DNA of 63,917 nucleotides, filler included, from Octopus bimaculoides (GCF_001194135.2; 6 parts of 6 records of this genome joined end to end with filler, not necessarily neighbours in it); one strand, 5' to 3'; positions 37,159 through 52,800 are shown, counted from the first letter of the whole stretch. The notes: generated by a model not told the origin, from the sequence alone. A program made the numbers and translations.

Positions 37159-40100
37159 AGATATAGTTATGTATATATATATATATGTTTATGCATATTA
37201 ATATGTATATGTATATATATATATATATACAGATACATATATGTATATATACATAAGTATATATATGTGTGTGTATATACACAAGTATACATATACACAC
37301 ATATATACATGTGTATATATACATATGCATGTGTATATACATACATCCACACATATATGCATACATGCATACGTACATATATATATATATATATNNNNNN
37401 NNNNNNNNNNNNNNNNNNNNNNNNNNNNNNNNNNNNNNTTAATTAATTAANNNNNNNNNNNNNNNNNNNNNNNNNNNNNNNNNNNNNNNNNNNNATATAT
37501 ATATATATATATATATATAAAGCCCGCCTTTTACATAGATATATAGAGAATAACAATCTTCTATGTACTATGCCGGATACATGAGGTGCTCGTTTTGGTA
37601 TGTTGAATCTTTTTGTGTATGTTCATGTACTTTGACCATACCCTACTGATGATCAGAAGTTATATATTGTTGTAATAACTGTGAAATCGTTCGATATATA
37701 GTTCAGTTTGTTTTTAAGAGGCCAGCTTTTTGAGTTGCATTCCCTCGCGTTCGGTAAAAATGTGTTTATTATGATAGTTTGACCTTAGTAGTCCCTCATA
37801 GCGTGAGGCATTCTTGTATAGTAATGCCCTTATATATAATTTGAATGAAACACTACGGTACAACAGTAGTAATCAAATGCGTGGTCTCATTTGTCGAGGA
37901 CCTATTTGGTTTACGAATATACAGTGATGCTTCTGACAAACTTTTGCTGTTGTATAAGAAATATTTAACTGAGTATGTGAAGTCTTCTTTTCAATATTAC
38001 GCACTGGGATTTTGTTATTTTTTTTATTGATAATGTTTTTTTTTTATTCTCGCTATACTTGCTGTCACAATTGAAATATCATCGTTACTATGGCAAACAA
38101 AATATCAAACAATGAATAATTTTAACAACCACTTCTTAAGAAAATACAGTTAACGTCTTAATAATAGCGTCTTATATGGATACAAAACATTAAACAGTAT
38201 TGCATGCTTATGTTGGACTAAAATGAACTGATTTTCCATATACACCAGTAATGTAACTGTCAGTTTCGATGACGAATATTAATTTGACTAACGGAAGTCT
38301 TCCTACTCGTAGACACAGGGGGATTCCAGTGACACGTTTTTCGCCTTTTCTGGACATTTCATCTCTCGGTGGTGTGGTAGGAACTTTGTCACCTGAAATG
38401 AGCCACCCTGAGAATTTAATATCCAGTAAGGCCCATCGATATCCAGCTGCAAAGGAAAGCCAGTTTCTTCCAGAGAACAAAATATGAAATAAGGTAGAAA
38501 GCATGACAGAAGTAGTGTTTGAAGAATTGACTACCAATACTGGGTAGGTGCAATATCAACTCTGAGCTAGGAAAATCGGAGTGACCTTGAGTTATTGTAT
38601 TCGATGTTATAAAAATGCACTTATGTTGTAGCCTGAGATACCTCATTATATTAATAAAATTCGCAGCTAATATAACAGCTAGATTTTCTATTAAATATTC
38701 AACCAAAAGAGAGAAAAGAGAATCAACTAAATACACGATTAGGAGTTTTCATATCACATCACACTAAGATTTCCACTGGAAGTTCAGAAAGACGGAAACA
38801 AAGGATTTCAGTCTAAGGCCCTAAGACGTTTGACAAGTAACAGACTTCAGATTCCATAACAGCGTTAATAGTATGTTGAGTAAATGATAAATGATAAAAA
38901 TCAAGTGGTTCAAAATATGTGAAATTTTACTTGGCTTTCGCGTTCCTGGTGTATATTGAATACAATATGCAACAAAGAAGTGATGTATCTCCTGAATTAT
39001 AAAATATATTTTGAACAAAGCGTTGTTTAAAATATATATTCATACATACGAGTATACACATAAGAACAATCTCTCAGGCGATACATCTGTGTGTNNNNNN
39101 NNNNNNNNNNNNNNNNNNNNNNNNNNNNNNNNNNNNNNNNNNNNNNNNNNNNNNNNNNNNNNNNNNNNNNNNNNNNNNNNNNNNNNNNNNNNNNNNNNNN
39201 NNNNNNNNNNNNNNNNNNNNNNNNNNNNNNNNNNNNNNNNNNNNNNNNNNNNNNNNNNNNNNNNNNNNNNNNNNNNNNNNNNNNNNNNNNNNNNNNNNNN
39301 NNNNNNNNNNNNNNNNNNNNNNNNNNNNNNNNNNNNNNNNNNNNNNNNNNNNNNNNNNNNNNNNNNNNNNNNNNNNNNNNNNNNNNNNNNNNNNNNNNNN
39401 NNNNNNNNNNNNNNNNNNNNNNNNNNNNNNNNNNNNNNNNNNNNNNNNNNNNNNNNNNNNNNNNNNNNNNNNNNNNNNNNNNNNNNNNNNNNNNNNNNNN
39501 NNNNNNNNNNNNNNNNNNNNNNNNNNNNNNNNNNNNNNNNNNNNNNNNNNNNNNNNNNNNNNNNNNNNNNNNNNNNNNNNNNNNNNNNNNNNNNNNNNNN
39601 NNNNNNNNNNNNNNNNNNNNNNNNNNNNNNNNNNNNNNNNNNNNNNNNNNNNNNNNNNNNNNNNNNNNNNNNNNNNNNNNNNNNNNNNNNNNNNNNNNNN
39701 NNNNNNNGGTGCTCCAGCATGGCCCCAGTCACTGGCGGAATTCTGTGGAACAATTCAATATATACATTATTTACATTATTTACATTTGACGGATATTCGT
39801 CCTCATCTTGTTTGTTGTTAACACAACGTTTCGGCTGATATACACTTCTATATTTAAGAGATGAGGAATTATTTACATTATTTACATTATTTACATTTGA
39901 CGGATATTCGTCCTCATCTTGTTTGTTAAATATATATATGTGTGTGTGTGTGTTCTCATAGTAAGTACTGGGGGCGTATATTTTTCATACTGCTGTAGTA
40001 AACTCATCTCATTATAGCGCAAGCAATACAAAAACAATAATTTAATATATAAATACCGACGACCTTTGTTTTAATGTAATAGCTGTTTCTACTAAAATCA

Positions 40101-40310
40101 GTCACACTTGTGCTGTTTGTTAGTTAAAACCCTATTAACAATAAAATGTGTTCATCAAGAAATTAAGCAATTATTATAATGCAGTATTCGTTATTTCGGC
40201 AGTTGGTTTGCATCAGCGTTTTATTTATTCCGTACAAACATGCTAGATAGGAAGTTATAATTTGACATAACATAAAATATTACTAGTCTTTACAAACTTT
40301 GAGAAAAATT

Positions 40311-40337
40311 TTATCTATCTATCTATCTATCTATCTG

Positions 40338-40403
<66 letters not shown>
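40311..40403. repeat. (CTAT)n tetranucleotide microsatellite
   Basis: Direct reading. Confidence 0.95.
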
Positions 40404-40419
40404 CAGTGTGTTGAAGGAA

Positions 40420-41620
40420 TAAACAGAGAAGAGTACTTGATGGCAAACATGAAATCACATGGAACTGCAGGCGTTAAAAGAAATATCTTCCAGCAGAATT
40501 GTTTCTCCCTCGTGTTATTTGTTACAGAGTTAATACCTGTCTCAATGACAAATTAGGATTGGATTGTCAACATGGGCTACAAACTAGTGAGAAATGCATC
40601 TTAAACAGATCAGAAATTCATCATGTGTAAAATAAATATATATTTGCTTTACAGAAGAAAAAAATAGACAGAAATAAATTCACGAGGTGAAATGATGAAG
40701 GCGTGCTGTAGTGATATGGGAATGAAGTTTGGTATATCAAAATCTGCGACTCCATCCATGAAGAAAGAAAGCAAACCCATTTTAATGGAAATAATTTTAT
40801 GGGATGCATATATTTCAGGATCTAATGTCAATGTATAGAATACAAGTATCTAGTTACTGTGGAACTCGATGTTATAATGTGTATGGAAATAATGGAAAAA
40901 TGAAAACTATATGTTTGAAGAGATTAAAGCCAGTATGAATTCGAAGCATAACTCAAAGAATGTGGGAGGTTACGCTCATGTGTTATAGATGTTGGAGTTT
41001 TGAAGTGGAAGAAAGATTAAATAGATGCATTGACAGGAAAACGAGAATAAACCTAATTATGCATGAAGTGCTTTATCCAAAGGCGAATATCAATCGTTTA
41101 TGCATAAAACGAACGAATGGAAGTACAGAACATAGCATTTCAGATTGCGTGGAATGGGAAGAAAATTAACTAAAACTACGTTGTATAGTGTAAAGAAAAT
41201 ATACTTAAATATGTTGTCGACTTACTTGGGTTGAACTTGAAGAGAAGAAAGAACTTGATGTTGAAAACTAAATCACTGTCATTTCTGAAAAGAAAGAAGG
41301 AAACAAAACCAGTTATGAGAGCTCCTCAGAGACACACAGAATGCCAGAAATAGTAAACGTTGTTGCGAAATAGGGGATGAGTTGCAGTGAGAAATCCAAC
41401 TAAAGATTAAACAATAATACAGTAACTAAAACACTTTTCTATATGTTATATGAAGAATATGAGGGTTTCCTTTATCATCATAGGTTTCCACACAGACTAT
41501 GATACAATCTAGAGACATAGCATGGCAGACATGCAAGTATTCCAACACTCATTCTGCTTTGAAACCGAGTTTCTGCGTAAGGCGTTTCTAAAAGCATGAC
41601 AGCAAGAAGTCACAAGAAAA
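40420..41620 (+). mobile_element. Decayed Dong/R4-like LINE RT region
   Basis: KRNIFQQNCFSLVLFVTELIP (for RGIFQGDSLSPLLF), SDMGMKFGISKS, YKYL, and IDRKTRINLIMHEVLYPKANINRLCIKR, all in the expected order. Confidence 0.8.
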
Positions 41621-43354
41621 CCCTTTATGTTATAGCGTTAATACGCAATGAAATAATAGTAATTAAAATGGTATATATGCGTGTACGGGTATGTGTGTGT
41701 TTGTTTGTGTGTTATTATGTTTGTGCTTGTGTGTGCGTGTGTGTGAGTGGGTTTGTACATATTTTGGAGTATTTACAGTTAATATAATTACAAAGCGTTA
41801 TACACGCCCTTTCACAGTTCTATTATCATTGGACTACAATAGTTATGCTAATGTTGCCATTAAAACAAATGCAGAATTATTGATTATTATTTTTTTATGC
41901 TTAGAATTATATTTCTCAGTCTTAATCCCTTTATGATCGAGCTTCCCCTTCGTTCGAATGTCGGTAAATTATAATACCAGCTAAATACCTGCATTATAAT
42001 TTAAGCAACGATAATTTATCAACTATAACCCATCCTACAATGTATCGATTGTGTTCAAATGAGAAATGCATTGATATTAGCTTAGAAAAACGGCAGAATA
42101 ATAGACTCCATCCACAAAAATCAGTTCATTAATTATTCAAGAGCTGTATAGTGTATATTGTGTTATCTGGAATTTAATCTATGTTACACATTTCATTTCT
42201 TTTATGGTTATAAACACGACATTGTCAAATTTGAGATTCGTCTTCAATAGTAAAAGTTAGGGATTTGATTCATTATAATACAATAAATTGCAAACACTGA
42301 ACTACTTTTAGGATTGGTTCCTAAAACTTAGTGGAAGTCATAACGAATAGTGTTTACTTACCGTTCTGCTTATAACGAAAAAAATTTAATACCTATTCTG
42401 TTTAGAGTATGCATTAATACTCTAAAAAAGATGTGGAGAAACACTGATAATTCATGAATAATTAGAAAATCGGAGGTGAGATCAAAAATTTCTAAATGTT
42501 TACGTACCCAAGTGCATGGAATTCCGACACTGTCTCTCGGCCTGCTAGAAAGTGCAGCCAAAATATTCAATAATTCTTAACGTCACAAATATCGAAAGAC
42601 TCTTCAGACATTCTGGTGTGCTAAGAGATGGGTATCTTTCGGCTGAAGCGCCATTTGTCATATATTTCTCTCCAATCAGTCCTGTTCTTTCTTTCCATTT
42701 ATGTTTTCGCTTTTATTTCTGTTTTGACATTTTAGTCTTATTAATTTCTGAATACCAATAACATAGTCTGAGGACTTGCTAACAAAAGATTTAGCAGTGA
42801 ACAAGTTGTGTGCTTTTTGAAGTGATAAAATTTTAAAAGTTTAACTAAAAAGATCGTGTTGTCATTTGCCAATTTTCTCTGAAACTAAATAACATTAAAG
42901 ACAAAATTTAATGAAGAACATGAAAATTCATACTTTTACATTATTCCTTATCTTCCCCTGTCGTACTCGGAAATCGTGACACTAAGTCAACAATGCATGG
43001 CTTTTGTGAAATCACGGAAATAAAATAGTTATTCAATAATATAACCCGTTAAGAAAAGATTTATATTTTCTAAAAATATTAATAATACCTCTCATATTAC
43101 AAAATGAAGAGAAAAATCTGAAGATACTTACGTACCGCATGTATTTACAGTTATATTTATGTATACATTATCAATTACATATGCAGATATAATAATATGC
43201 ATATACACGTTTATAATTATACACATACACACATGCTTTGGAAAAGATGAAATACATATATAGGCACAAGTATATGTATAGTTATATATGTATATAGTTT
43301 TGAATATATCTATGTATATATGGAATGAGGAATACACAGACACACACACACACA

Positions 43355-43442
<88 letters not shown>

Positions 43443-44629
43443 CATATACATATGTACATTTCTAAATAGGTATTCACAACAATATTTTGAATGTGAATAT
43501 ATTCCCAGATCATACGTTTATTTAAAATGTTCTTTATAATTCATTTACTATATAACAAGAACTCTATGCATGATGTGTAGTGTGTGTGATACCTATGTGT
43601 CTTAAAATATAATGGCGATATTACTTAAATACCGTAACGTTCAAAATACATTCGTGCACATATGCATATACGACGCACTCATACATGCATGCATACATAT
43701 GTATATATTTATAGATATATACATATATACATAAACAGAATATTCTGAGTATTCCAAACGTATCCTAATGTAATCCTTATTTACCTATGTACACTCTGAT
43801 GATTTTCGATACAAGATATTTAAAATATAAAATTATATATTTATATAATTTTAATTTGTAATCTTAATTTTTATTGTGAAATGAAACAATTGTAGGTGAA
43901 TATGTTGATTAATTAATAAATTAATTTGTATCAATTACACCTCTATGTTTTCTAACTCCATAATATATATATATATAGTAGTAAGCCTCGAAGCAGTACA
44001 CTTATAAACGTCTTATTCAAATAAGGAATGGCTATATTTCTATTCACATAACTCATGTGCTATTAGAAAATTATCACAAAGCAATTTATTGATGTTTCCA
44101 ATGCATTTGGTACATATGTTTCAAGTGGTTACATAACATTCTACCGCGTACGATCCTTATCCATCAGTTACGAATAAAATACATTAATGTATATAGATTT
44201 AGTCGGAAAATTCACATAAACTATAGAAAGAATTATAGAAAGATAAAGTGAGGGAAAATGCAAAAGGATAAGAGAGATAGCAGTTGAATAGAGGAAGGAG
44301 AGGAGCGATAGCAGAAAGGGCAAGAAAAATAATATCATAATGATGACAATGAAGGCAATAAAAATGTTATTTTAAACATATAGTAAGCCATATTTATACC
44401 AGTTATAACATCGTTACACAGGAAAAAAAAACCTATACGATGACCAATTTCTAGTATATTACTCTATATACGAATCCTATGTGTGTAATCGTAAAGTTGA
44501 AGTAACACACAGTTCATTTGTTATAAACACATATCGTGTATGCAGATATATGCGCTTGGTGAAACACCGCAGATAAAAGGAACAAAGAGAAATCGAAAAA
44601 ATATGGGTGAATACTTAGAATGCAATAGC

Positions 44630-45010
44630 CTAAGATTAAATATTTGCTTCAAATTTTGTCACAAGGACTGCAGTTTCGCAGACGGATCAAGTCGATTATA
44701 TCAGTTTCAGTGCTCACCTGTGGTACTTTAAAAGCTACAAAAGGTGGAAAGGTAGAGTCAACCGGCGCAATTTCGACTCAGAACATAAGAAAGACCAAAT
44801 ATTGGTTTCAATTTTTGTCACAAGGCTAGCGATTTCGAGGATGGATCAAGTCAATTACATCGACCTCAGGGTTTAACTGGTATTTGTTGTATAGACCACG
44901 AAAAAATGAAAGGTAAGTTCGACCTTGGTGAAATTTGAACTCGGAACGTAAAGATGGACGGAGTACTAAATAATTTGCTCGGCGTGCTAACGATTCTGCC
45001 AGGTCACCAC
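44630..45010 (-). mobile_element. Two tandem SINE family A copies
   Basis: Reverse complement family A bodies; CpGs retained. Confidence 0.8.
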
Positions 45011-45119
45011 ATTAGAAAGACCAAATATTAATGATGAGTAATCATAGACTGGGAGAATGATCAAATACATTTAAGTAAATACATGTAACTAAAAATTTCA
45101 TAGGCAGAAAATTTCATAG

Positions 45120-45600
45120 GCTGTCCAAGATACTCTTATGGAATGTGACCAAATGAGTTTTTTTTTTCTAGATATGCGTCATCCGCCTTACGAAATTGGT
45201 TGCAAGTGAGTTTTTTTTTTGTTTCATGTTGAAGGAACAGATGATATTCAAATGGGGATGAATCAAGATAGGAGGGAATCTGATCAATCAGTTTCAAGCC
45301 AGAGTTATTGAAATTGATGAGTTTTGCGCTAGAGCATTGTCCTAATTGTAACAAGACCTTTTGTCAGTCTTCCGGGGTTTTGGTTTCGATAGCCTATCGT
45401 AACTGCCTCAGTACGGTGATATAGTAATCTCCATTGATGGTGTGGCCCTTTTCAAGATAATCAATGAACGCAATTCCCGTTGCATACCCCCAAACCGATC
45501 GCTCTTACCTACCTGCACATGGAACAATCTTTGCTGACTTTGGAGCAGGTGCGAAGGGTGTTTCCACTGCATGGATTGTCTTTGGCTCAAAATAGAGAAC
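45120..45600 (-). mobile_element. Mariner transposase catalytic-domain remnant
   Basis: QRQSMQWKHPS..., ...LKRATPSMEI (for LQKGHTINGEY in another frame), GLKLIDQIPSYLDSSPFEYHLF (for GFELVDHPPYSPDLAPSDYHLF). Confidence 0.8.
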
Positions 45601-48600
45601 CCAGGTTCAAATTATTACATATAAATTTTAAGCCGATGTACTAATTCATATTCCTGAAACAATGCCAAAAAATTGTCGAAGTATAACATTTCAGAGATCG
45701 GTACAATTGAAAAAAACATCAGTTAAATTATATAAATCTAGGAACACCAAAAGTAGAGTGGGCACTGCAAAGGCGCAAAAGTACCGGGGAAATAAATAGT
45801 GGAGTTATTATAAATGCGTACAGTCTTCGACAATTTTCGAATTATGGATGATAGTGTCATATCATTTTGTCGTTCTGGTGAATGACAAATCGATACGCTA
45901 ATTAAAAGCATTATTAAAGGGCAAATTACAGAGTTGACTGTTTTATGCAACGGAGTCGTTATCATACAAATTCATGAATTTTGTATTTTGTTTTAGTGTT
46001 CAGTTGGTGTAGAGACGGAAACAAAAAATATATATAATATGGTTGTGAGACCAGAGAAGGACATGAAATAAAAGGTTCATTTATATCGTGTACAATAGTA
46101 TCAACCATTTCCCGAAGATAATGTTAGGATGTAAATTTATATTTATGTTAACAATCAGCACTAAATATATTGTCTTTCTTTAATTCTATTAGTTAATGAA
46201 ATATTTTTGAACGAAGTAAACAGAGTCTTTCGGGTGGTCTATTGACTTGGTATTGTTTGGCTGAAGCTACATTCCGGAAGTTAATATGATACCATATATT
46301 CCTGGATATCATATTAGAAATATGTTCTGTCAGTAACGTGGAAAATTTTAATTTTCCAATAAAAAAGGATGCTTACAGACATAAGTTCCTTTTTTGTCCG
46401 GGTTAGATGTAATTCTGATCTAACAGTGAGTATTATTATAAATCCTAACTAACGTTGTAGAATACCTTCTCAGACACCATCTAATGGACAGTATTTATTA
46501 AACAACGATTAGAGTTGTTGTTTCTTATCCGGGGAGTGAGTGTAATTTATAATATGTACTACCATATGTAGTGTTACCAAAGAATAAATTTGTTTGCATA
46601 ATTTAATACTTCACATAGTCTGTAATACTATAAAAACCATGCATTTTCCTTAAAAGCCCCAGTTACATAGCCAACCCTTGCACAAATATTTCAGAGATTT
46701 AAAGGCCGACATTTTGCATTTAAAAATCTAAACCATTCTCTTTAAAGTGTTGCAGTGTCCTTCTATAAAAGCTTCTGGTTTTAAATATTTGAAGCAACCA
46801 CAGTTGGTTATTTTAATATGAGAGCTCACATGTTTTTCAAATAAATATAGTTAAGTGTGAAATTCCTCTCTAGGCTAGGAACGGGATAAAATTAGGGGAA
46901 CATATGTTTAAATAGCATTGGCAAAGGATATATTATCTCAGTATATTTCTCGTTTCTAACATAACTTCTGATTGTTACAATATATATATATATGTTGCAG
47001 AGCTCTATGTCTTAGTATAAATCATAAATTCCGCGACGATAATTTTGTTTTTTAGTGATTGAAATGTTAGTATTCTATTTATTAAAAGCGCTTTTATTTT
47101 TTGTGACAAAAGTGCTGTACTTTGCTTTTGGATCAATAGAGATATTACAAGTAATTCGATAAAGAGTATTCGATGCAAACCCTATTGTCCATTTTGTCTT
47201 TAGTATTTTAGGACACCTATTATTGCTATTTAGTTACTAATTTCCATAACATGAAAGCATGTCTTTAAAAACACCACGTTTAAGAGATTCATTGTAATAT
47301 TTTGCATTATTTTTAGATATTTTTATTGGATAAAATGATTGGAGACTCTTATGGAAATATTCTCCATAAAAAGGCGATTTCAGGCTTAATTTGTATGACC
47401 TGATAATCTGTATATATACTACAAATATTCACTTTGTTCATATTATAGGTTAGATTAATTACAGATTAGATTAGAATTAACGTAACATCCAAAAACTTCA
47501 CTGATATTATAGCTTTTTCGAACGTGATGGCTAAATTGAAATTTCGGAAAATATGTAATTGCTTCCTAACACTTTACAGACAAGACGGAGAATAATTATG
47601 AACTATTAGAAGAGAATCATCAGCGTATAGATCTTCCACTAACCTAGAAATAAAGTTAGAATGTTTGGAAATGAGAAATAAACTCACCAGCATAGTCACC
47701 TCGGCCGAATACAAAAACATTCATTGTTATGTGGAATTCCTTTACATTAGAAGCACCAGTCCAAAGCCTAATTATATGACTTCACAATTTGATAATTAAT
47801 ACTAGTGCATATACTTATGAATGTTATATTAGATCGAAGATGTTTTGTAAAAATGTCCATGTGAACGGTGAAAAGCGAGAATCAAGACAATGATTTACAT
47901 ATTCATTTTTAATGCATTCCTCTAGATTCCAACGTAAATAAGCTAATCATTGCTCTATTTTGTTATTGGAAAAAAGAAAACATCTGCCTACAGACGAATA
48001 TGAATTCATAACTCTGTCGATCCATAAGCGTAAGAGGATTTAAAGACATCCAGTGTTTCTCCATCGTCTTCTGTTTGCAGCCAATGATACCCTAATCTAG
48101 TGAATGAAATAAAAATTTCTGGCGCTTGTTTATAAATTCAGCAAACAAATGATTTATTGATGCGTGCTGATATCTGCCAATTGACAATAAGTCGTTAATG
48201 GCGAGAATCAGAACGATGAGATACCTATTCATTCTGATAGTGAGAAAGACAGTGCACTTTTAATATTGCATGTTAAACGCTTCCCTTCAATATGCATGGA
48301 TATATTCAATGTCGATTTTCTCTACAAAGCTTAAAATTTGCATTTCCCCACATCCCCTACAAGTATTGTATTGTTTTCAGATTTAAGTCAGTTTCTGTAA
48401 ACTTAACTCCATTTTGCGAGGAAGTATTTTCTAAATGCAGAATTTTCTTCGGTACGAACTACTTGTATTCTTGTAAGTTAATTCTTCCTAAGGTTAATTT
48501 CAACAATTAAGAATGAAGATAAGACGTATTTATGGAAATTGAAACGTATATGGTTATAAAAAAAATAATTACCTTATGAGATTCGGAAAATAATTGAAAT

Positions 48601-51600
48601 GTGACAATAGTAACACTTACATATTGTCGACACAGGAGCCAAATGTGCATAAATTATACATTTGCAAGTTCTTCATCAAATTTCAAATATGCTAATAACT
48701 CCTAACTTAATAATGTGAAACTTACCTTACACTTGCTATTCTTATCTTAGCTTTTCCATTGAAACTTAACTTAGCAGTTTACTCTTCATGCCCTGAACAT
48801 CAAAATGCATTGTACTTCTTGATATGCATATGTATGTGTTGCATGGGCGATTATATAGATAATGCGTGCATATTTACATTTTATTTTTCATGGATATAAT
48901 ATATTGGTCGATGTATTGTAATATTTAATGCCCGCTAATTCCATAAACTCAGAACAATTTTTATCTTTTGACTTGAATTTTATCGATTTTGTTTCTATTT
49001 CCCGTATTTAGTCAATAGTCTCTACTCTTCAGATAGAGTTCTCTTATTTAAAATTCTCCTTATTTATATTTTCCTTTTGCTTCGTTTCCCCTTTTATTTT
49101 GTTCTCCTGTGAGCTAACCTCTTTAAGCTTTTACAACTTTTTACAACTAATTAATTAATGTGTGGAGCATAAGCGTCAAATTCCAATGGTTGCGCACAGA
49201 ACTTAAGAAATGTATAGTAATTGCGTTTATATATTTACACTAGATTGTTCTGACATTTCTTACGTGCAGTGTATGAACGTGGCCCAATCTACGTGTCGGA
49301 CAATTGTTATTGAAAGTAATATAAAAGATCAGCAAAAGAAGAATTACTAGTGTAACAATTATATAAAATAGAAGTTCAAAGTAATATAGAGCAGTAGGAA
49401 ATGTCAATACGAAATGTTATGACTATTCGTAATGTTCAAACAAATGCATCATCCAATGTTTTTTTATTAACGTTCATTATGTAATCCATGTTTAGAAAAT
49501 AATTGATAGAGGATGATTATGAATTTCTTTTCCTCTTAAAGTGGCATGCAAAAGGAGGTGAGATAAACGACATTTATTTCTAGGAAACTACTAAAAATGT
49601 GATAGAGCTTCGGGGTTCCGAATTTTGGTGTAATGTGATCCCATATAAAAGTAAAGACCCAACTAAAATTGTTTCTTTTGTATGTAACCTTCTACACACG
49701 TGATTAATCAATTGATTGGTTCGCGTAATAATTGTTTTTCTAAATGATATTTAATTTCCAAGTGGTAGTAATATCGAAATGTTTAATGAAATTATGTTTG
49801 ATTTGGGTCAGTCATGGAAAACAGTATCACGAAAACATGTAAATTTCAAACACATTACAATGCGAAAATCTTTTTGCAGGAACAGTAATTTCCAATCTAA
49901 CAAATTGATGCACACAATGCTGCAACAGATTCTACATTCGATGTGGTGGCATCTCTTCTTGGTATTCAATCTAGTAAGTTACAAATGAAATATGTGTGTA
50001 CGAGTTCATCTCATTCACACATCATATAATTGAATCACTACACACTTCTACTCTTTGTCTCTCATACGCTGCTGATATCATTTTAATATATGAATATGCG
50101 TGCCGGTGTATGTGCGTGTGAGTGCGTGTGGTGTTTGTATCATCATTACGTATGACTATCATTTACGTTAAAATTCCCAAGTCTGCGAAGTAACACATTG
50201 TATAACAAATACTTGAGAAACATGAGGTGTTAGTCTCAACTCTACCCTCCACTTCTCCCTCTCACTCTCTATCTCTCTCCAGTTCTTCCTCTCCTTTTCT
50301 GAGATTATTTTTTAAGTTTGAGAAAGAACGCAAGAAGAATGATGATTTATCTTGTGTCAATATCATAAGTTATTAAATTGTGTTAATCCAAGACTACCCA
50401 AGAAACAACGGGCAATAAAAGTATAGCATTTTATCTTAAGTTTTCCCCCGCCATCATTAGTTCATGTCGTAAACCAGTTATTATTAAATTCACATAACAC
50501 TGGTATTTACCATACTGGTGTTGACTTCTGGTTACGTGTACAGTACTAAATTCTTTTCTGCACTGATACCACTTATAATCTCCTCGGCTAACTTATTTCG
50601 TACTCTGTTATAATCTCCTTCTTTATGGTCTCCGCGGTTACCTTTCTACGTATTCTGTGTCCATAGAATCAAATATTAGTTTCTTGGGAATCAGATGTAG
50701 AATTTGCTCTCGTAAATCATCAAAGAATACCATATCGATGTTTATGAACCGACAAGAAAATTCTACGATGATTGATCAGAATTACCAACTTTCAAATCAC
50801 GACAATCTTTCTTATAAAGAATAGGCACATCCGTGATGCTAATCTTATATAAACTGTCCTTGAAAACAAAGTATTTGGAGTACCTTCAAATGTAGGCAAG
50901 CTCAATGTATATTTATATGTATATCCTAAATATCTTTTTTTCTAACAGATAACAGCAACAGTACTTAACTCTTCGTTGGCCTCACAAAAGAGTATGATAT
51001 ATGTGAAAAGCTTCCCGAAATTAGTGGTTCCCAAAAATGCGTATTTAAACACGTATACATATAGAATAATTCTCACAAGGATGAAAATACCTGCATCATA
51101 AATATTCCATGTTCTATATAAAAGCTGGAATGTTAAATGAAATTAGAAAATATATTACCCAATGTAAATAATTATGTGTTTAAGAATTTTAGTAATTTCG
51201 CGTATTCTCTTAGGATATTTAATCAAGTATGATATATACGTATACTCACACACATACACACACACACACTCTCTCTACCTTTCTTTCTCTCCCCCTCTCT
51301 CTCTCACGCAGACACACGCACTCACATACACATACACACACACGCGTGCTATAGACATTTCTATACATACATATACATGTACATATATATATATATATAT
51401 ATGTGTGCATAAACACCCATGTATATGTATGTGTGCGTTTATGTATACATAATAGATAAAAAGAAATAAATATAGAACGTTTTGCCTCATTCACACACAC
51501 ATGCATACACACACCTAGAAATTCGAATAGATATAATCTACTTGAAAGAAAAATGTATGAGAATAACATAAAAATTATTACTGTCGAATGCGTAAATTAC

Positions 51601-52173
51601 GAATATGTAAATATACAATATAAAGCATAGAAATGTGTATAAATTAATATATAATAGTGTACAAGCACTCTCTATATGCATTTCTGTATGCATAAATATT
51701 AAAAATAAAAATAAATGTAAGTTTAATAAACACATAAATCTTGGAATTATAAATTTCTGTAATAACAAATGACAAGTGAAAAGTATGGAACTGTAAAATC
51801 ATAAAAACTCGACTCCGCACCTATATACATACAGGTAGACGCATACAAACTTTATACATTTATACACAAACACACAGACATACACAGACATACACACACA
51901 CATACACACACGCACACAGATACACACAAAAAACACTCGCATACATAGACATGTTGTTCGTGAATGTATGTGCTTCCAACATGTGTATGTATGCGGGTAT
52001 ATTTGTTTGCTGGTTGCAGTTCTTTGAACAGTTTCCTCACTATAAATAAGTTCTTTTTACAAATTCAGTAATATATACATCTATACTTATATGCGTAGAC
52101 AGATGTACATATATAAAATCACAGACACACACGCATACACACACATGGATACACACACACATATATATGTATA

Positions 52174-52208
<35 letters not shown>

Positions 52209-52308
52209 NNNNNNNNNNNNNNNNNNNNNNNNNNNNNNNNNNNNNNNNNNNNTTAATTAATTAANNNNNNNNNNNNNNNNNNNNNNNNNNNNNNNNNNNN
52301 NNNNNNNN

Positions 52309-52342
<34 letters not shown>

Positions 52343-52589
52343 GTAATAGTCAGCAGATTCTCGCGGGATATAGAAATGGAATTCCGGTAAGTTAAGTGTT
52401 CATACGTGATAACTAATCAAGGAAAGTTTCTCCACCAGACAGAAGAAGACGTCCATCATTGTCTTGTCGATCTCCCCTCTCTGTAATGATGAAGACTTCA
52501 AGCATCTCTGAATCGATGAGAATGTTGCATTGGTTGGTGCCGTGACTAAAACTAGATTAACGAAAGACCATTCCTGTAGACTCCAGAAA

Positions 52590-52800
52590 ATTGGAACTCA
52601 GAGTTGTCTGAATTTAACAAAACCATTTCTAACAATGATTTTGCAATGTCAGTGTTAGTACCAACATTTGGAACATTGAACTGGACACTCGACGAGATAC
52701 GCAGCATTGACATCAAAACCAGAAATGTAATGGCCATTTCCATTTTGACAGCGACACCGATAGAATATTTATGTGAGATGAAGTAATGGCGACAGAAGCA
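52590..52800 (+). mobile_element. Short Dong/R4-like LINE RT fragment
   Basis: FAMSVLVPTFGTLNWTLDEIRSIDIKTRN matches the A.PVL..FG.L.WT..EI..ID.KTR motif. Confidence 0.7.

Noticed and set aside
38390-38446. PYWILNSQG resemblance to the papain-family YW..KNSWG motif
   Set aside because: The catalytic His context and the downstream WG..GY motif cannot be aligned without several ad hoc indels.
39760-39930. Direct repeat of ~50 bp (ATTTACATTATTTACATTTGACGGATATTCGTCCTCATCTTGTTTGTT)
   Set aside because: Consistent with the ordinary partial-tandem termini of Penelope-like elements; not a separate feature.
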